Assembly (NCBI GenBank): GCA_043228905.1 | Contig: JBHGNT010000008.1 | Location: 21,824,001-21,888,000 of the forward strand | Direction of reading: 5' to 3' | Length of the DNA: 64,000 nt | Source of the DNA: Azolla caroliniana | Lineage: Eukaryota; Plantae; Polypodiophyta | Notes under the pieces: model-generated | What the model saw: the letters and a program-made list of their open reading frames with translations, nothing else | What the model was told of the DNA's origin: nothing | The model's database searches: none | Part shown: one piece after another, positions 13,405 through 27,639 of the stretch | Layout: each line of letters opens with the position of its first letter | Position numbering within the stretch: the first letter of the stretch is position 1 | Position numbers and translations under genes: made by a program

Positions 13405-16400
13405 AAGTTTCAACTTACAACATCACTTTCCTTCTTGTTTTGCAAATGGACTAGAAGGCTTCGTTATTGCCACATTCTCTCGCGCATACTTGATGGAGCA
13501 CAATTTTGTGCTTATTAGTTTGACCCATGGGCATAGGATTCAGTTACTACTTTGATTTTCATTGGCGCTCTTGAACGAGGAGATCAGTATATGTCATGGC
13601 AACAATCACACAAAAATGTGGCTTTTCTGCTTCACATGATGGAGTATTGACGAGACGCATTAGGTGCATCAATGGCATGGACGCATGATGTCATGCAAGT
13701 AGTGTGCAGGGGTCTAGAAGGAAAAGTCATGTAAATCTGGTAAGGTTTCTTATAGAGTCACACGACGAGCCTTACAGCTGGAAAACTCTCATTTCCTCCT
13801 TATTTTCTCAAAATCAATCCATCAATGTGGCATGCGTTCATGATGTCTTCGTACATTCTAGTAAAGAGGTGTCACCCCTTGTAGACATTTTGGTTTATGC
13901 AAGTCTATACAGCTAGTTCGATACAAGTATTTGCAATTCCTACCATGACATTGCTCATGAGAAGGTGATCCTAATAAAGCGTCTTTAATCTTGCCCCATG
14001 GGAGGCATTGATTAATGATTTGAAATTTTGCATATTTGTCGCAAATACCCCATAGGTTCAAGCTCATGTGTTTTTGATGCAATAGTCAGCATGGCACAAG
14101 TAAGTAGCCTCCTAATAAATATTATATATGTTTTAGTAAGAACCCTGGACGTTTATCTTCCTTGTTTCATAGCCCTCTACCACTTCTTTCTTTATGTTAC
14201 ACACACTTTTTCCCACATGAAGTCACTTCTCGCTTCACCTTTAAAACTCCCATGTGACAACTCCCAAATCTATCCCAATTGCATTAGATTTATAATAAAC
14301 TCCTCTTTGTTTTGACTTTATCAAAGAGTCGGCTACACTTTGGAACTGATCAAACACTCCTCGACCCGGAGCACACGCGGTGCACCTAAAGTGAAAATGC
14401 TTTGGAAAGTGAGAGAGTCTCGTGGGAATCTATGATGAACGTCAAAAACCTAAGGCACATGCTCGTTAGAGGAAGTTGAAAATGTGAAGAAGCATAAAAG
14501 TCTAGAAAACAAATGAAAACATCAAAAAGCAATATGGAGTTTAAACTAACGTACATAAATTAAGACCAATCATGGTCTCACGCACATATTCAATTGGTTG
14601 ACTCGTCAATTTCATAATTCTAATGAAGAAATGAAGGTGTTTCTATCATTAAGAATTACGTTGTCCCCCTTAGAATCAAATGTAAACAAAAAACAAAAAC
14701 ATGACTCGATCAATTCTGTGTGGGAGGCAAGTCTCATATGACTTGGTAGTCTCCCAACAACAAATATGTTCATGTTTCTATGACCTTGGATCAAAAGCTT
14801 GACACACGTTAAGGCAGGAGAAATGTGAAAGTTCTTCTTTTAGCATATCAATAACGGTGAATTGTCATGTCTCTTATCGATGAACGCACCATGCACAAAG
14901 AAATCATATTTGTTTTTTAGGACCATGCATAAGAAACAAGCAAACATTTGTATGTTTCTTTCCGAATCACACATTTTCTCCCTCTATCAAAATAGATTAA
15001 TGAGTGTCTAGAATCTCAATCTCCCTCTAAATGAAGAATAAAAATAAAGGATGACTTGTCAACATGGCATCCAAGTAGCAATATGCGCTTTGAAAAAAAA
15101 AAACGAATATTGGAATATCATCAATGAAAAAGTAGTAATCATGGTGTACCAAGGGTTTTTGAGTTGGGTTACGTTATGCAAATATCTACCTTTGCTTTAA
15201 GGTTTTTGTATATTTTTAAATCATAGCCAACATTGTTATGAATGCAATAACGACTTTCAACTTTTGCGTTGTGGAAACCAAATTGCAAGCCCAATCACCA
15301 AGGATATACCATTAGTTTGCATACTCTCAAGCATAAGAACACACCTAAAAATATGTGAAAGAGATTTCAACCAATAATAGATTTGTTATTTCAATATTCA
15401 AACATTGTGGTCGACTACTTTACTAAACCAATGACCATAACTAAAATTGTTAAACCTACACAAATCATCTATAAGTAGATTGTGGATTTCCATGTATGGA
15501 TAGGCACATGTATGTATGTTTTATGTACGTATGTCCACATATAAGTTCCGTTATCATTCACATGTCACGTTGTCTAAGTTACTACCTATTCACGACGGCG
15601 TATTTGGAGTCACATGAATTAGAACATTTGCTCAATGATTGTTTTCTTTTCTACCTCTAGTCCCACCAGCTCGTGCCTTGGGATCCCCTTGATAGAAAAA
15701 CATTATGCGTAGGTTAAACGTAACATTAGCTTTGATTTGTTGGCAATTTGGAGAAAGAAGAGGTCAAATAAAAAGAGAGAAGTTTTTGGAAATAAAAATA
15801 AAAAGAGAGAAGACATTTACTATTCTTCCGTATTGGGCATTGGAAAACAGTTTCTCTCCACAAACAAATAAAAATGCATGAAAGCAACCTAAATCATGCA
15901 AATGTTAACTTATGACATTTATAATTGGACATCCTTGAAAACTATTGTATCTTGCGTAGCAATACTCTAAGGAGTATAAATATGCCATTAGTTTGTGGAC
16001 AACTTATTAATCGATTATGATCTCGGTAGTAATAATATCGTGTGGAATCCAAAAGACTTCTAGGAGTTACTTGAAGCAAATGTCTTACGCTCAAACCAAT
16101 ATTTTGGGCCAAAACTAATACGAGTAAAAGATGCCTCATTATCACAACTTTTACAATGAGCAAATATCTACATAGATATTCTGTTTCAAGGTCTTCATTG
16201 AGTCAATTTTGGATAACATGATTACAAAATTCAAAGATTAGACAAATACAAGCTTTCGATGAATAGCTTCAACGTTGAAAATTACACTAACTAAATGCAA
16301 AGTTTTCATCGTCCACATTCAAATCAATAGATAATGTTTCATTTCCATATATTTCAAAGATGTTTAGGCATCCCTCATGAGTAGAACTTTCTTCTTCAAT

Positions 16401-19110
16401 GAGAAAGTAGATGTTCACTTTAGATTATGAATGATGAAACTTGGAAGCTTGTGTAGTCTATAAGTTGCTGCATTCTTATGCTATATACATACCAAACTAA
16501 AATATAGCAATTATTATTGGATATGAGGTTTTCTTGCATCAATCAAGTTTTCGTATTTAGCCCTTCCAGACTTATGGTTGTTATTCAGTATTTGGCTCAA
16601 CATTCAACCAACATTTGTTGCTTCACACGTGATGGAGTTGTTGAATGCTCTATCATCATTTCCTTATTGTTCAAAGATCAAAGGGGGTTTCCATTTGTTG
16701 TTGGCATTAGACCAAAAATTAGGAAGTGTTTTTGACACCAAATCCGTTGCTCGAAGACTTGGATCCACAAGTTAAAGTTAAATAGCATGAAGTGGTTTGA
16801 ATTTGGAATCTATAAGCAATAATGTTTAGGAAAATTCTAAAGTATCTTGTTTTCACATTTCACTTAAACATGTAATATCACGTTAAATACTCATAAGCCA
16901 TGGTGGTATAAGATTGGAGGATGTCTCTGGAGTTTATGTGACATGTTGATCCTTTTTAAGAATATTCGGTGCTTTCCAGAAAATCCATGAGCCACCCTTG
17001 ACAAAGAGAGATTAACAACTTTAAGAGTAAGGGACAACACCTAAGGGAAGACTAAGGTGGGCAAGTTCCCTAAGACCCATTTTATCCATTGCACATTTTG
17101 GTGTCTTTTCTAAAGGTGGAGAACCAAGTTCCGACCTATGTATTGTATATTGGCAGGGTCCATGTGCATCACACATGCCATGTGTCACCCCTTGTTCAGT
17201 TGTGTCCCCACCTCTGCAATGTGGGTTGTCCTTGCCGAGCTATTTTCCCTTGAGAATTGGCTTGTGCACACTTTATAAATGTACGTTTTTCACCTTTTTC
17301 TAAGTTCATTTAAGAACATAAATATTGTTGGTCTTCCATTGAAATAGGTAAATTAACAAATATATGAAGTTTTCCATTAAAGAATCTATTTTTCTGAACC
17401 ATGAAGCCTTTTATCAAGTGCTAGTGTAGATTATCCAAACTAGAAATATGAGCGTCATGAACATAACACTAAATAGTTTTAAATACAAGTGACTCTACAC
17501 AAAGATAACATTCAATCGCATTATGGTGCGTTGGGAAATTTGCAAGCATTAAATTTATCTTAATCACACCAAATATTTATGACGGGTAAAACCTACACCC
17601 AAACAAATATATGATTCTTGACAGTCAAATGGGATGTCTTCTTTCATGCAATGATGATGTCTTGTATTAAAACAATGGTAATAACCAAAACAACAAGTTG
17701 ATCCACAACGCTACACTTTAACCAATAGCGAAAGTAAGGAATGAATGTAAGTAAGTAGTGGTCCGTAACACAACATTTGTAAATATTGTTATGTAGATCT
17801 ATGCTCTTAGAAATTTGAATAATGTTGCAATGATCTATATAATGGTGGACACTTATGAGATGTAAGAACTTGTACATGTGTGATGATACATCGTCACTAT
17901 CCGCATCTACACATGGTTATGACCTTTAGGGAACTAGAAGTGCATTTTAAAACAAGGTTCAACAAAAGAATTTGAGAACAAAGTTAATCAAAGTTTCCAA
18001 TCACCATGTCATCCAGGTTTGGATTGTGTTGGAAAGAGTATGAATTATACTACTTGAAAATATGAAAATTTTGGAATTTACTCCATAAGTATTTTCCCAA
18101 ATGACTTTTGTTGTAGTTAATACTTTTATACTTGTATCCGAATCTTTTCCTCTTGCGAAACCCAATTTTCTTACCTCTCTATCACTTCATAGGTGTCTCT
18201 TAATTTACTAGATACCATTGTTTTTACTTCAAATAAACTCAGTCATTTCATTAAACACATGATTGATCCCACATAACATTGGGATGTAGGGAGCATCAAA
18301 TTCGATAATCTAGTTATCTCTAGAAAACCCAACAATTAAGCGTCAATGCCAATTAGAATATTATGGAGGATCCACAAGAGACAACATGATCTCATAAACA
18401 AATATCTATCCTTATATTAATCTAAACTTGAACCTAGAAACCACTCGATCTTATATAAACCCCTCTTTTTTTTATTTACTTGTTATATTATACATGAACA
18501 TCAATAGTTGTTCCATTGAAGACATATTGAAAAGGAACCTCGCAATTTATATTGACTAGAATTAAACTTCCCTACGTAATCATTAAACTTTGTTTATGCA
18601 ATCAGTGACTCTTCATCATAAAGTCTAAGCATTAATATGCCTTCCCTCTCCCTTTGTTTCTTGGTACAACATGGCTCCCATCAAGAAAACAAAGGGAAAG
18701 GAAACCAAGTAAACCTTTTTACAATGCCTAAATTCTGGAAGAATTCACCATTTTTAACGAAGATGTGGTCATTAGGAGAGGTTCTACAACAAGCTATAGG
18801 AGAGGGCACACTTATATTGTGTTAAAAGAATATGCGAAGGAGCTAATTGATGAAATGAAGGGAGTTAGTAAAGCCAATCATAAATTTTAAGAAGATTGAC
18901 CCACGAAATTGATGGAGAGTTGAGAGGATTTGGAAATGGGTTTTCTTTGGTTTGGTTGTTGTAATTGTAAGAGTGATGTTGAAGTCATCAATTGGTAAAA
19001 CGTTTCTAGGTAATTCAAGCGTTTTGCACTCGAAGGTCATGCAAAAATGCGCCCTATCAACATGTTATTTTGTTACATAAATAAGATGAGAATGCAAAAA
19101 TTGTTCGACT

Positions 19111-19845
19111 CATATAGCAAGTGGGAATTTAGCATTTTGAAAGGTTGAAAAGCCTATTGAGATTACTTAGGGAGTTTGGTATAAGGTTGTTGTGAACTTT
19201 GTTGTCAATATTAGCAAGGCTCTTAAAGTTGAAATTATGATAAGGGAAACCCTTGGTTTGGACTTGTGGTTTATGAATCCATTTATATGTGCCTTCTATG
19301 TCAACTTCATTGAAAGAAGGCAAGTAAAACCTTGTTATTTATGGATGTTGAAAGTGGCGAATCGCACAACAAACACAATAACTAAATGTAGTTTGAGTTG
19401 GAGAATTCTTGTTTACTGAGGAACTCAATGTGCCTACAAGGTGAATAGGCAAAGACGTAATATGCATCATAATATATAGCATATCATATAGCAAAGGAGA
19501 CTTTAGCATTTTGAAATGTTGAAAAGCCTATTGAGATTATTAAGGGAGTGTGGTAGAAGGCTATTGTGAACTTTGTTGTCAATGTTAGCAAGCCTCTTAA
19601 AGCTGAAATTTGTGATAAGGGAAAACCCTTGGTTTGGACTTATGGTTGATGAATCCATTTATATGTGTCTTCTATGTCACCTTCGTTAAAAGAAGGCAAG
19701 TAAAACCTTGTTATTTATGGATGCTGAAAATGGAGAATCGCACAACAAACATAATAACTAAATGTAGTTTGAGTTGGATTGTTTACCAAGGAACTCAATG
19801 TGCCTACAGGGTGAATAGGCGAAGATGCAAGATGCATCGTAATAC
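19111..19845. repeat. Tandem duplication, about 374-bp period, 2 copies; followed by three roughly 60-bp repeats to about 20020
   Basis: CATATAGCAA...TTTAGCATTTTGAAA..TTGAAAAGCCTATTGAG at 19111 and 19485. Confidence 0.9.
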
Positions 19846-22800
19846 ATGTATTTACACATATTGAAGCTGAATAAGATACGATAGTTCTCCTACACATGTA
19901 TGTAAAATAAGGGCAAGATTGAAACTGAATCAGAGATGATAGCTCTCCTACACATGATTACTTTTGTTGGATAATAAGTTCAAGATTGAAGCTGAATTAG
20001 AGATGATAGTTCTCCTACACTAATTTACTGGATATGATATGTTGAGCATGGAAATGGAGATGAAGCTCTCAAGCTTTATGAGAGAATGCAAGTTAAGGGT
20101 GTGCAAAATGTAATTATCGTTACCTAGAAAGAAGGGACTATTGGACTGTTTTTGTATATTGCCTCTGGCCACTTTAATTTCAATACCAATGGAAGATATT
20201 TTCTCAAAAAAAAAGAGACAACAACAACAACATGCATTTACATGTTCTTGGAATCATGAGGATATGATGGCTAAGTCATCATGGTTTAGTTGTGGGGTGA
20301 TGTAATTTGTATGAGCTAGCTACGAAGACTTTGCCCTCATAGAGTGATGCTTATCACATATTTTAAAGCAACGGAGCTTCAAGGTTGTTTCTATGCTTCA
20401 TTTTCTTGTAAATATACTTAAGATTACATCCTTATTGAGTTTAGAATTTCAAAAGGATTTTGGGAATGTGATTGTAAACAACTATGGTAGTTATTTGGGA
20501 TATAAACGAGAAGTTTTTACATCATTTTCTAATTGATGTTAGTTAATTTGACAGGGTTAGTAATAATTATCCAATTATTCTTGACTATGTGAATAAAAAG
20601 GAATGCATGCAGCTTTGTGAAGTGTAGTAAAAGGTATATTATGTATCAAAGCATTATCAATGGTAAAGATCTAACAAACAAAATTAGGTTTCAAAATTTA
20701 TTTGTCAAGGAGTGATAGGGACTAGAAAGAAAAGACTTCAAAACCCGATGACTCTTTCTTCTATGAATGTGGTATCTCTTATAAATATGTTTATAGGTTC
20801 TACAAGTAATGTAACACAAAAGACCATGTATTGAATGAATTAAAAGAACTTATAATTTTTGTGGACCGGTGAGAATAATACATGGAAAACATATTCTCTT
20901 GTTATTGATAATGACAATTGTATGATCAATATATAGTCTTCAAGAGGCAAGCTACTAGTGAATGGTTTGGAAGAGATATTTTGAATGTTTGAAATACGAT
21001 AAATTGTAGTAAATATGTTTGAAATATTGAATGTTTAGGTAGCTCCTCTTTCCCAAAATTACTACCAAAGGTTCGAAAGATTTCATCGATAAGGTCGATT
21101 CAATCAATGTTCATCAGCCGAAATTAGTTATTCAGCCGAAACCCTAATTTGCATGTCGAGAAAATGATGCAAGGGGAGGCTTCTTCGTTGTTCGTTGTTT
21201 GTTCGGTCATTAGGTAAGTGAAAAAAAAAGGAATACTTTTACATGTATTCATATTCGTATTTGTATGCATTCGTGGGAGAGGCCCTAAGAATGTGAATAT
21301 GTCAATCTATATATATTTATATATGCGTCATGCTTCATATGTACTTGTTTTTATGGAGTGGTTATGGCCAAACTTTCTACTTGTAGATATCTATTCTTAT
21401 CTTTTTACGAAAATACTTAGCTATATTTGTTTTGTGATGAGATTACACACATGATAATGCAATCATGAAATTTAAATAAAAACAAAAGTTTTTCTTCTTG
21501 CTCTGAATGACATAAATAGTACGGTATGAATTATGGAAATCCAACTAGGTTGAGGAGGAGAGGACAAACGTTTGACTAACACAACACAAGATTGATTACA
21601 TGCAAAAACTATATCATTCAAAGAGAGTTTGATGTATTATAAAATGCTTCAAAGAGTTAGGTTGTGCATATATATCAATATGATTCAATGCTCGCTTATT
21701 TCTCATTGACCTGCTTTACTCTATGGCTTTTTCATCATGAGTCATTGTCACACAAAGTGAAATTAGACTTTATTAGATTTTCAAGCCCACAAGATTCCTT
21801 AGAAACATGATGTAGTATTATAATACTTCAAATCACATTGCAACACATGCATTGTTCTATTAGTGGTCTTTCATCTCCAAACTTCAATTGTTGATGTATT
21901 TAAAGTGTTATAAACTTGGAAACATCGCAGTTAATAATGAAACTTTTAGTTTATGTTGTTAGATATCAACTCTAAAAATGCATCATTGATTGGTGGGCTA
22001 CTTCAATCTTGGAAGAAGTCCTTAGCATTAACATGCTCATGTTTAGTTTCATGAATTGGCAATTGCCTTTAGCCTCAAGTCACACTCAATAAAAGACTAA
22101 TCTCGACCATAGGTTCAAGTAACATGTCTTTGTAGGCGCAATTACGATATTTCCATATCATTGACTTTAATTTTAATAGTCGAGCTTTTAGCTGGATGTT
22201 GACATATACACAATTTGAATAATCAAAATTGAAAACTTTCATATTTAATTATTTGCTCTCAAAATAAGACACAAGGTCTTTGAAACTTACACGTATTAAC
22301 ATATAGGCACTTGTTGCTTTAGTTTTGTCTGTAACACAAATCAATTAGAAGAGATCATCTTTGGGTTCATATAATGAGTAGTACATGCTGGCAAAATTGA
22401 GATGACTTCAATTGACATGAAACAATCCGCCACTATCAAATAACAGTTTAGAAATGAACATCACGCTCACTTGTATGCACTTATTCTTGAGATGAAACAA
22501 TATGGCACTATCAAATATTGGTATAGAAATGAACATTACTTGTCTATTGTGGCCTGCACCACTTTAGATGTTGGACACCTCAAAATGGACAAGTAACACA
22601 AATTCCTTCTAAGTATTTTTTATTAAACAACTTTAGTGGAGTTCAATTGACGACTTCTTTATCAAAAGGTTTCAATAGGGCATAACACATTGCTCTTTTA
22701 CTAAAATTAAGTTGTTTCCCCATTAATGTTACTCAAACTTTTTATTTCATTGCCTCTTTATTTATTAAATTTGTGATTCATGACACGTATGGACTATATG

Positions 22801-23714
22801 TAAAGGATCTCATGATATAAAATCAATTCTCATAGAATGGTGGGATGATAGCAAATGCACAACCATCCTTGATTTTGATGCAAATACATAAGGTGAACAT
22901 TTGAACAATCAACAAACGCTTGCATGCTTGTTACCTACATGGACATATATCTTGAAACCAAGTTGAGAAGACAATACATCCAATAGTTTGTCACTTATTA
23001 AACTTGAAAAAGGGCAAATCCCATCATGCTTAAATTTCTTCTTGTATTCATTTTCTCAACAAAAAAGTAGTTGTTCCCTATAGACATAGACAAGCTATAG
23101 CTTTCTTTCTATCACCAATTTTGTATTATAATCTCAATGATTTGTATTTAAGGATCAAAGACAATTGTTTTGGTAAAATTCTTTATGCAATTACATGGAC
23201 ATCTCCATATGGGGTTTGAACTTTGAAGTCTTTTTTTTTTCATATCTAGATGTAGATGGTATCATGATTTATTGTTAGGACCAATCAATGAGAAAATTTG
23301 AAAGATATTGTTAAGTAATACAAGAGAAGTTGCAACTAGATTATTATTATGAATTAATAAATATCAAAGCCATATGAATATAAGAAATGGTAGTCCTCAT
23401 ATACAATTCTAGTATGATATATGAATCTAGTCCATATGGATTGGCTAAACCTTTGCATGTCCCATACTATGGAAGATAATATGTGCAGATTTGGGAAGTA
23501 GTTGTTCATTTTTGTACATTGGGATATAATTGTTTGTTCTCTTTGCATGAAAGATGTATAATTATGGTAAAGAGAGTATCACCTATGTTTAGGTCTATTT
23601 TCACACTATGGTTGTACATGGAGCTAATGAGCTTATCATCATTCTAATTACCTACATAATTATTACACATGATATGATACGATAACCTTGTTGTGAGAAT
23701 TTGCATATGCATGT

Positions 23715-24144
23715 TGTCAAAGTAAACGTGCGGAAGTGTTCGACAAACCGGCTCAGCCGGATAGCAACAGAAGATGAGAAGAAAAGTTAACACACATAGA
23801 GAGTACGCGTACATAGGACAGAGACAAAGGGAGAGAACGTAAACTCTATTAAAAAATACTCTTGATATTCTGTACATAGAATGTGCTCAGAGAGCACTTT
23901 TATACAAGTCCATAAAGGACTAATAGGTACTTCAATGCTCATACGAGCGACTGACACTAACTCCCAAAAATATGCCTACGTACTAGGCTGGATCCGTAGG
24001 CCTCTAACGGCCTACCGGTTTCAATCCGATCGGCTCCTGGTTTGGGATATCATCCGGACACCGATCCAGTTCTCCGTTCCGGATACTGATCCGGCTCTGG
24101 CTTATTCAGCCGATCCAGATCCGGTTGAGCTTGCTCGCTCAACA
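23715..24144 (-). repeat. 3' LTR of Copia element A
   Basis: TG...CA ends, aligns with 36449-36870, adjacent to the PPT. Confidence 0.92.
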
Positions 24145-24759
24145 GTCCCCCTCAAGCTCAACTTGAGGTCAGATCGTGGTGTCAGTTTCTATGGTAACCA
24201 GTTCTTCCGTCCGATTCCTTCTGGCGTCCTCCTGCCTTGCTTGCGCTCCTCGCCCGGTCTTGTTCCGCTTCCTGCGACCCGTCTGGTTCCGCACACCTCG
24301 ACCTTGTCGGTCGGCTTGTCTGCTCAACATGCCCATTTCAACTTCCTCGCTGTTATGACTCCGGTGCTTGTCAACCTGTTGGCTCCTCCGTGTTGGCGTC
24401 GACTTTCGTTGCGTTCGTGTTCGCTTGGCCTTTAGTAGATCTAGCTCTTCCGAATCCATCTGTTGAACCAAATCGGTTGTCTCTGATTCGTTCCAGCTCT
24501 TGTCTGAGTTGGTAGTCTCCAACTCGTCTTCCGTTTTTAGGCCCTTCACCACATCGGACCACGTCCGAGGTCTTGGCCTTCTTCCGGTCGGCTTTGTCCT
24601 TCTTGACTCTACCGCTGCTGTTGTTTACTCTGACTTGTTCAGATGTGCCGACTCCTTCGGTCAATGCGGCTTCCTTTTTCTGCTTATCTCCCCACTTTGT
24701 TCTTTCTTCCTCTCTGGTTCCTTGTCCGGTGCCATTTGGTGCCATCTATTCCCATTCCT

Positions 24760-25638
24760 ATTCTCCCCCTCAAGTGCGGCACGTCGAGATGCTGAACACC
24801 GAGCATTTCGGTGAAGTGTTGCAACTTGTCCGATTCGAGTAGTTTGGTGAAGATATTGGCAATCTACTGATCCGTCTGAACATATCGAAGTTCAACTTCA
24901 TCGCTCAGGACCCGCTCACACACGAAGTGATAATGCACTTCTATGTGCTTTGTCTAAGCATGGAATACAGGGTTCTTGGTGAGCTGAATGCTGCTCATGT
25001 TGTCACAGTAGATCAGGATCGGGGTCGGTACCTCGATCCGGAGGTCACGCAACAGTCGCCGAAGCCAAATGGGTTCACAGGTGGCATTGGTAGCGCCCCG
25101 ATACTTAGCCTTAGTGCTCGACAGAGCCATTGTCAGCTGCTTTTTGCTACTCCACGCAACAACCACGCTACCTAGAGAAAACATGTAACCGGAGGTGGAT
25201 CAACGATCTGATGCATCACCAGCCCAATCGGCATTGGTATATCCAACTAGCTCTGCAGTTATACCGTGTCGGTATAACAGTCCTCGGTCCTTTGTGCCGC
25301 TAACATACCGGAGTATCCGGTGTGCTCATTGAAGGTGCTCGACGGTCGGCTTCTGCATGAACTGGTTGATCACCTTGATTGGATAACTGATGCCGGGTCG
25401 GGTGATCATCAAGTATATAAGGCTTCTGACAATTTGGCGGAACCGTTTCTCATCATAGGCCGGTTTGGAGTTAGGATGTAGCTTCAGGTTCCGGTCCAAG
25501 GGTGTAGAGATTGGTCTGCATTCTGTCATGCCGAACTTGTACAACATATTCAACACATAATGACGTTGTGAGAGTAATATGCCATTGGGGGTCCGGATCA
25601 CCTCGATCCCAAGGAAATAATGAAGGTCCCCCAGGTCT
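24760..25638 (-). pseudogene. Copia A RT C-terminus and RNase H remnant
   Basis: DLGDLHYFLGIEV, LSQRHYV, SLIYLMITRP, WSSKKQ...SSTKAKY, IYCDNMSSI..KNPVFHA, IANIFTK. Confidence 0.88.
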
Positions 25639-26140
25639 TGTCATGGACACACCAATGCTAGACTACGACAAAGCACAAATGACAAGGCTATGATCAATAA
25701 GGTTACGAACATGGAACTCGACGTGATGAGGCTAGAAACTCGGGAAGTTGGGAACGATGAGATGAGGAACTTAAGACGCTAGGGACAAATACAAGAGCAT
25801 AAAGAAAAAGATGTAAATCAATGAGAGAAGATGAGGCTAAACAAGAATACTAGATTGATGTGTCAATGACTGGGCCCGTTGAATCCCTTGAAAGGGACCA
25901 AGAAGGTTACAAGTATTTATACTGTAAGTTGAAGTACATGCACTAGAATATTTTGAAGAATATTCTAGAACCTTGGAACTTTCTAGAACTTTGTAGATGT
26001 CTAGAGAGTATACCTAGATCATGTACATCTTATACAATGATATGTAGATCAAATATATTTGATACAATGCTCATATGAAGATGGTTGAGCATGATGTATT
26101 GATCATGTGAGGTTGTGAGTTCAATCCTCACCCACTATAT

Positions 26141-26652
26141 TGCTGGGAAATCGGTCCCTCCGGATGGGATCCGGTGATGAATGAAGAGGACCCGGTGAGA
26201 ACCGGAAGAAAAGACATATTTGTAAATATGTTTTGGGTAAGCCTATTGAGGCCATATTTGTAAATAGACTTAAGTTCATATAAGTATAAATATGACTTAG
26301 GGCAATCACTTTGGTAGATGCTGATAGAGAGTATTGTTGTTACATTGTTGTTGTAGAGATAATTGTTGTACAGAGAGAGAGGAGACACAGAGTTATACTC
26401 TATTGTAACCGCCGGTTGGCGAAGATACTGAGCATGAGGTCGTTGCCTCCGAGTCTCTAATTGTACCTTTCTCATATAGTGAGAGTTTGGAGTCTGTGGG
26501 CTCCCGTGGTTTTTCCCTATTTGGGTTTTCCACGTAAACATCCTGTGTACTCTCCTTTGTATTCATCTCTATTTCTATTTCTGTGTTTCATTCTAATCAA
26601 AGTGATTCAAGACTCGGTTGTGGCCGAGCAATATTCCGCGCTATTATCTTCA
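26141..26652 (+). mobile_element. Solo LTR (family D) inserted in the 3' LTR of element B
   Basis: TG...CA ends, TSD TATAT on both sides, TATAAATA box, and the GTGGGCTCCCGTGGTTTT...GGTTTTCCACGT motif; homologous to 37003-37570. Confidence 0.85.
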
Positions 26653-26762
26653 TATATATTTAATGTCATTGTATTGTGACATTCTCCTCCCCTTTATGGC
26701 CGCGTTTTCGAAAGTGTGGTGTAGGGGTGAGCTAAAATAGAAAACCAAAGTACATTGAGGAG

Positions 26763-27520
26763 TGAGTGACCATGAGTAGTCCTCACCAGAAATAAGAGCA
26801 CGGATGAACTCGAGTGACCATGTGTGGTCCTCACTAGATATTGTAACACCAACGGGCGTGAGCGAACATGTATGGTCCTCACCGGAGACTGGAGCACCAA
26901 TGTGAGCGTGAGCGACCATGTTCGGTCCTCACTGGGAATTGGAACACCAACGGGAGTGTGAGCGACCATGCACGGTCCTCACCGGGAACTGGAACACCAA
27001 CGGGCATGAGCGATCATGTATGGTCCTCACCGAAGACTGGAACACCAACGTGAGTGAGCGACCAGGTGCGGTCCTCATCGGGAACTGGAACAACAAAGGA
27101 CATGAGCGATCATGTGCGGTCCTCTCCGAGAATTGGAACACCAACGGACGTGAGCGACCATGTACGGTCCTCACCGGGAATTGGAACACCAACGGGCGTG
27201 AGAGACCATGTATAGGTCTCACCGGAGACACAAACACGAACGGAAATGAGCAACCATGTGCGGTCCTCCCTGGGAACTAGAACACCAATGGGCATGAGTG
27301 ACCATGTGTGGTCCTCACCGGAGACGCGAACAACGGACGTGAGCGACCATGTGCGGTTCTCACCAGGAACTGGAACACCGAGCGTGAGAGACCATGTATG
27401 GTCCTTACCTGAGATGCAAACACCAACGGACGTGAACGACCATGTGCAGTCCTCACCGGAGACATGAACACCAATGGAGGTGAGCGACCCTGTATGGTCC
27501 TCATCGGGATCTGGAACACT
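26763..27520. repeat. Tandem array of about 16 x 48-bp units inside element B
   Basis: Consensus approximately GAGCGACCATGTRCGGTCCTCACCGGGAAYTGGAACACCAACGGGCGT; a 16-aa periodicity is visible in the ORF track. Confidence 0.92.
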
Positions 27521-27639
27521 TGACGACGATGAATGCTAGGCAAAGTAGTGTTGATAACGACACCAATAGGTGTTGCAGATGATGATGTCGAAGATGAAGC
27601 AATGAAAACAATGATGTTGACTCTAAAAGCAATGACTGT

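Noticed and set aside
13592-14259. Possible TGTCA...TGACA solo LTR
   Set aside because: No TSD and no second copy in the window.
23881-24435. 184-aa antisense ORF across A's 3' LTR
   Set aside because: It spans the LTR/internal boundary, has no motifs, and is likely a shadow of the purine-biased sense strand.
26068-26135. Functional tRNA gene
   Set aside because: No acceptor stem and an irregular anticodon arm; kept only as a tRNA-like module.
26763-27520. 48-bp array as a CRISPR array or as tandem hammerhead ribozymes (retrozyme)
   Set aside because: There are no unique spacers and no cas genes, and the context is eukaryotic. The minus strand has CYGRTGAG plus a stem II-like hairpin, but the essential GAAA is replaced by GCTC and stems I and III are not evident.
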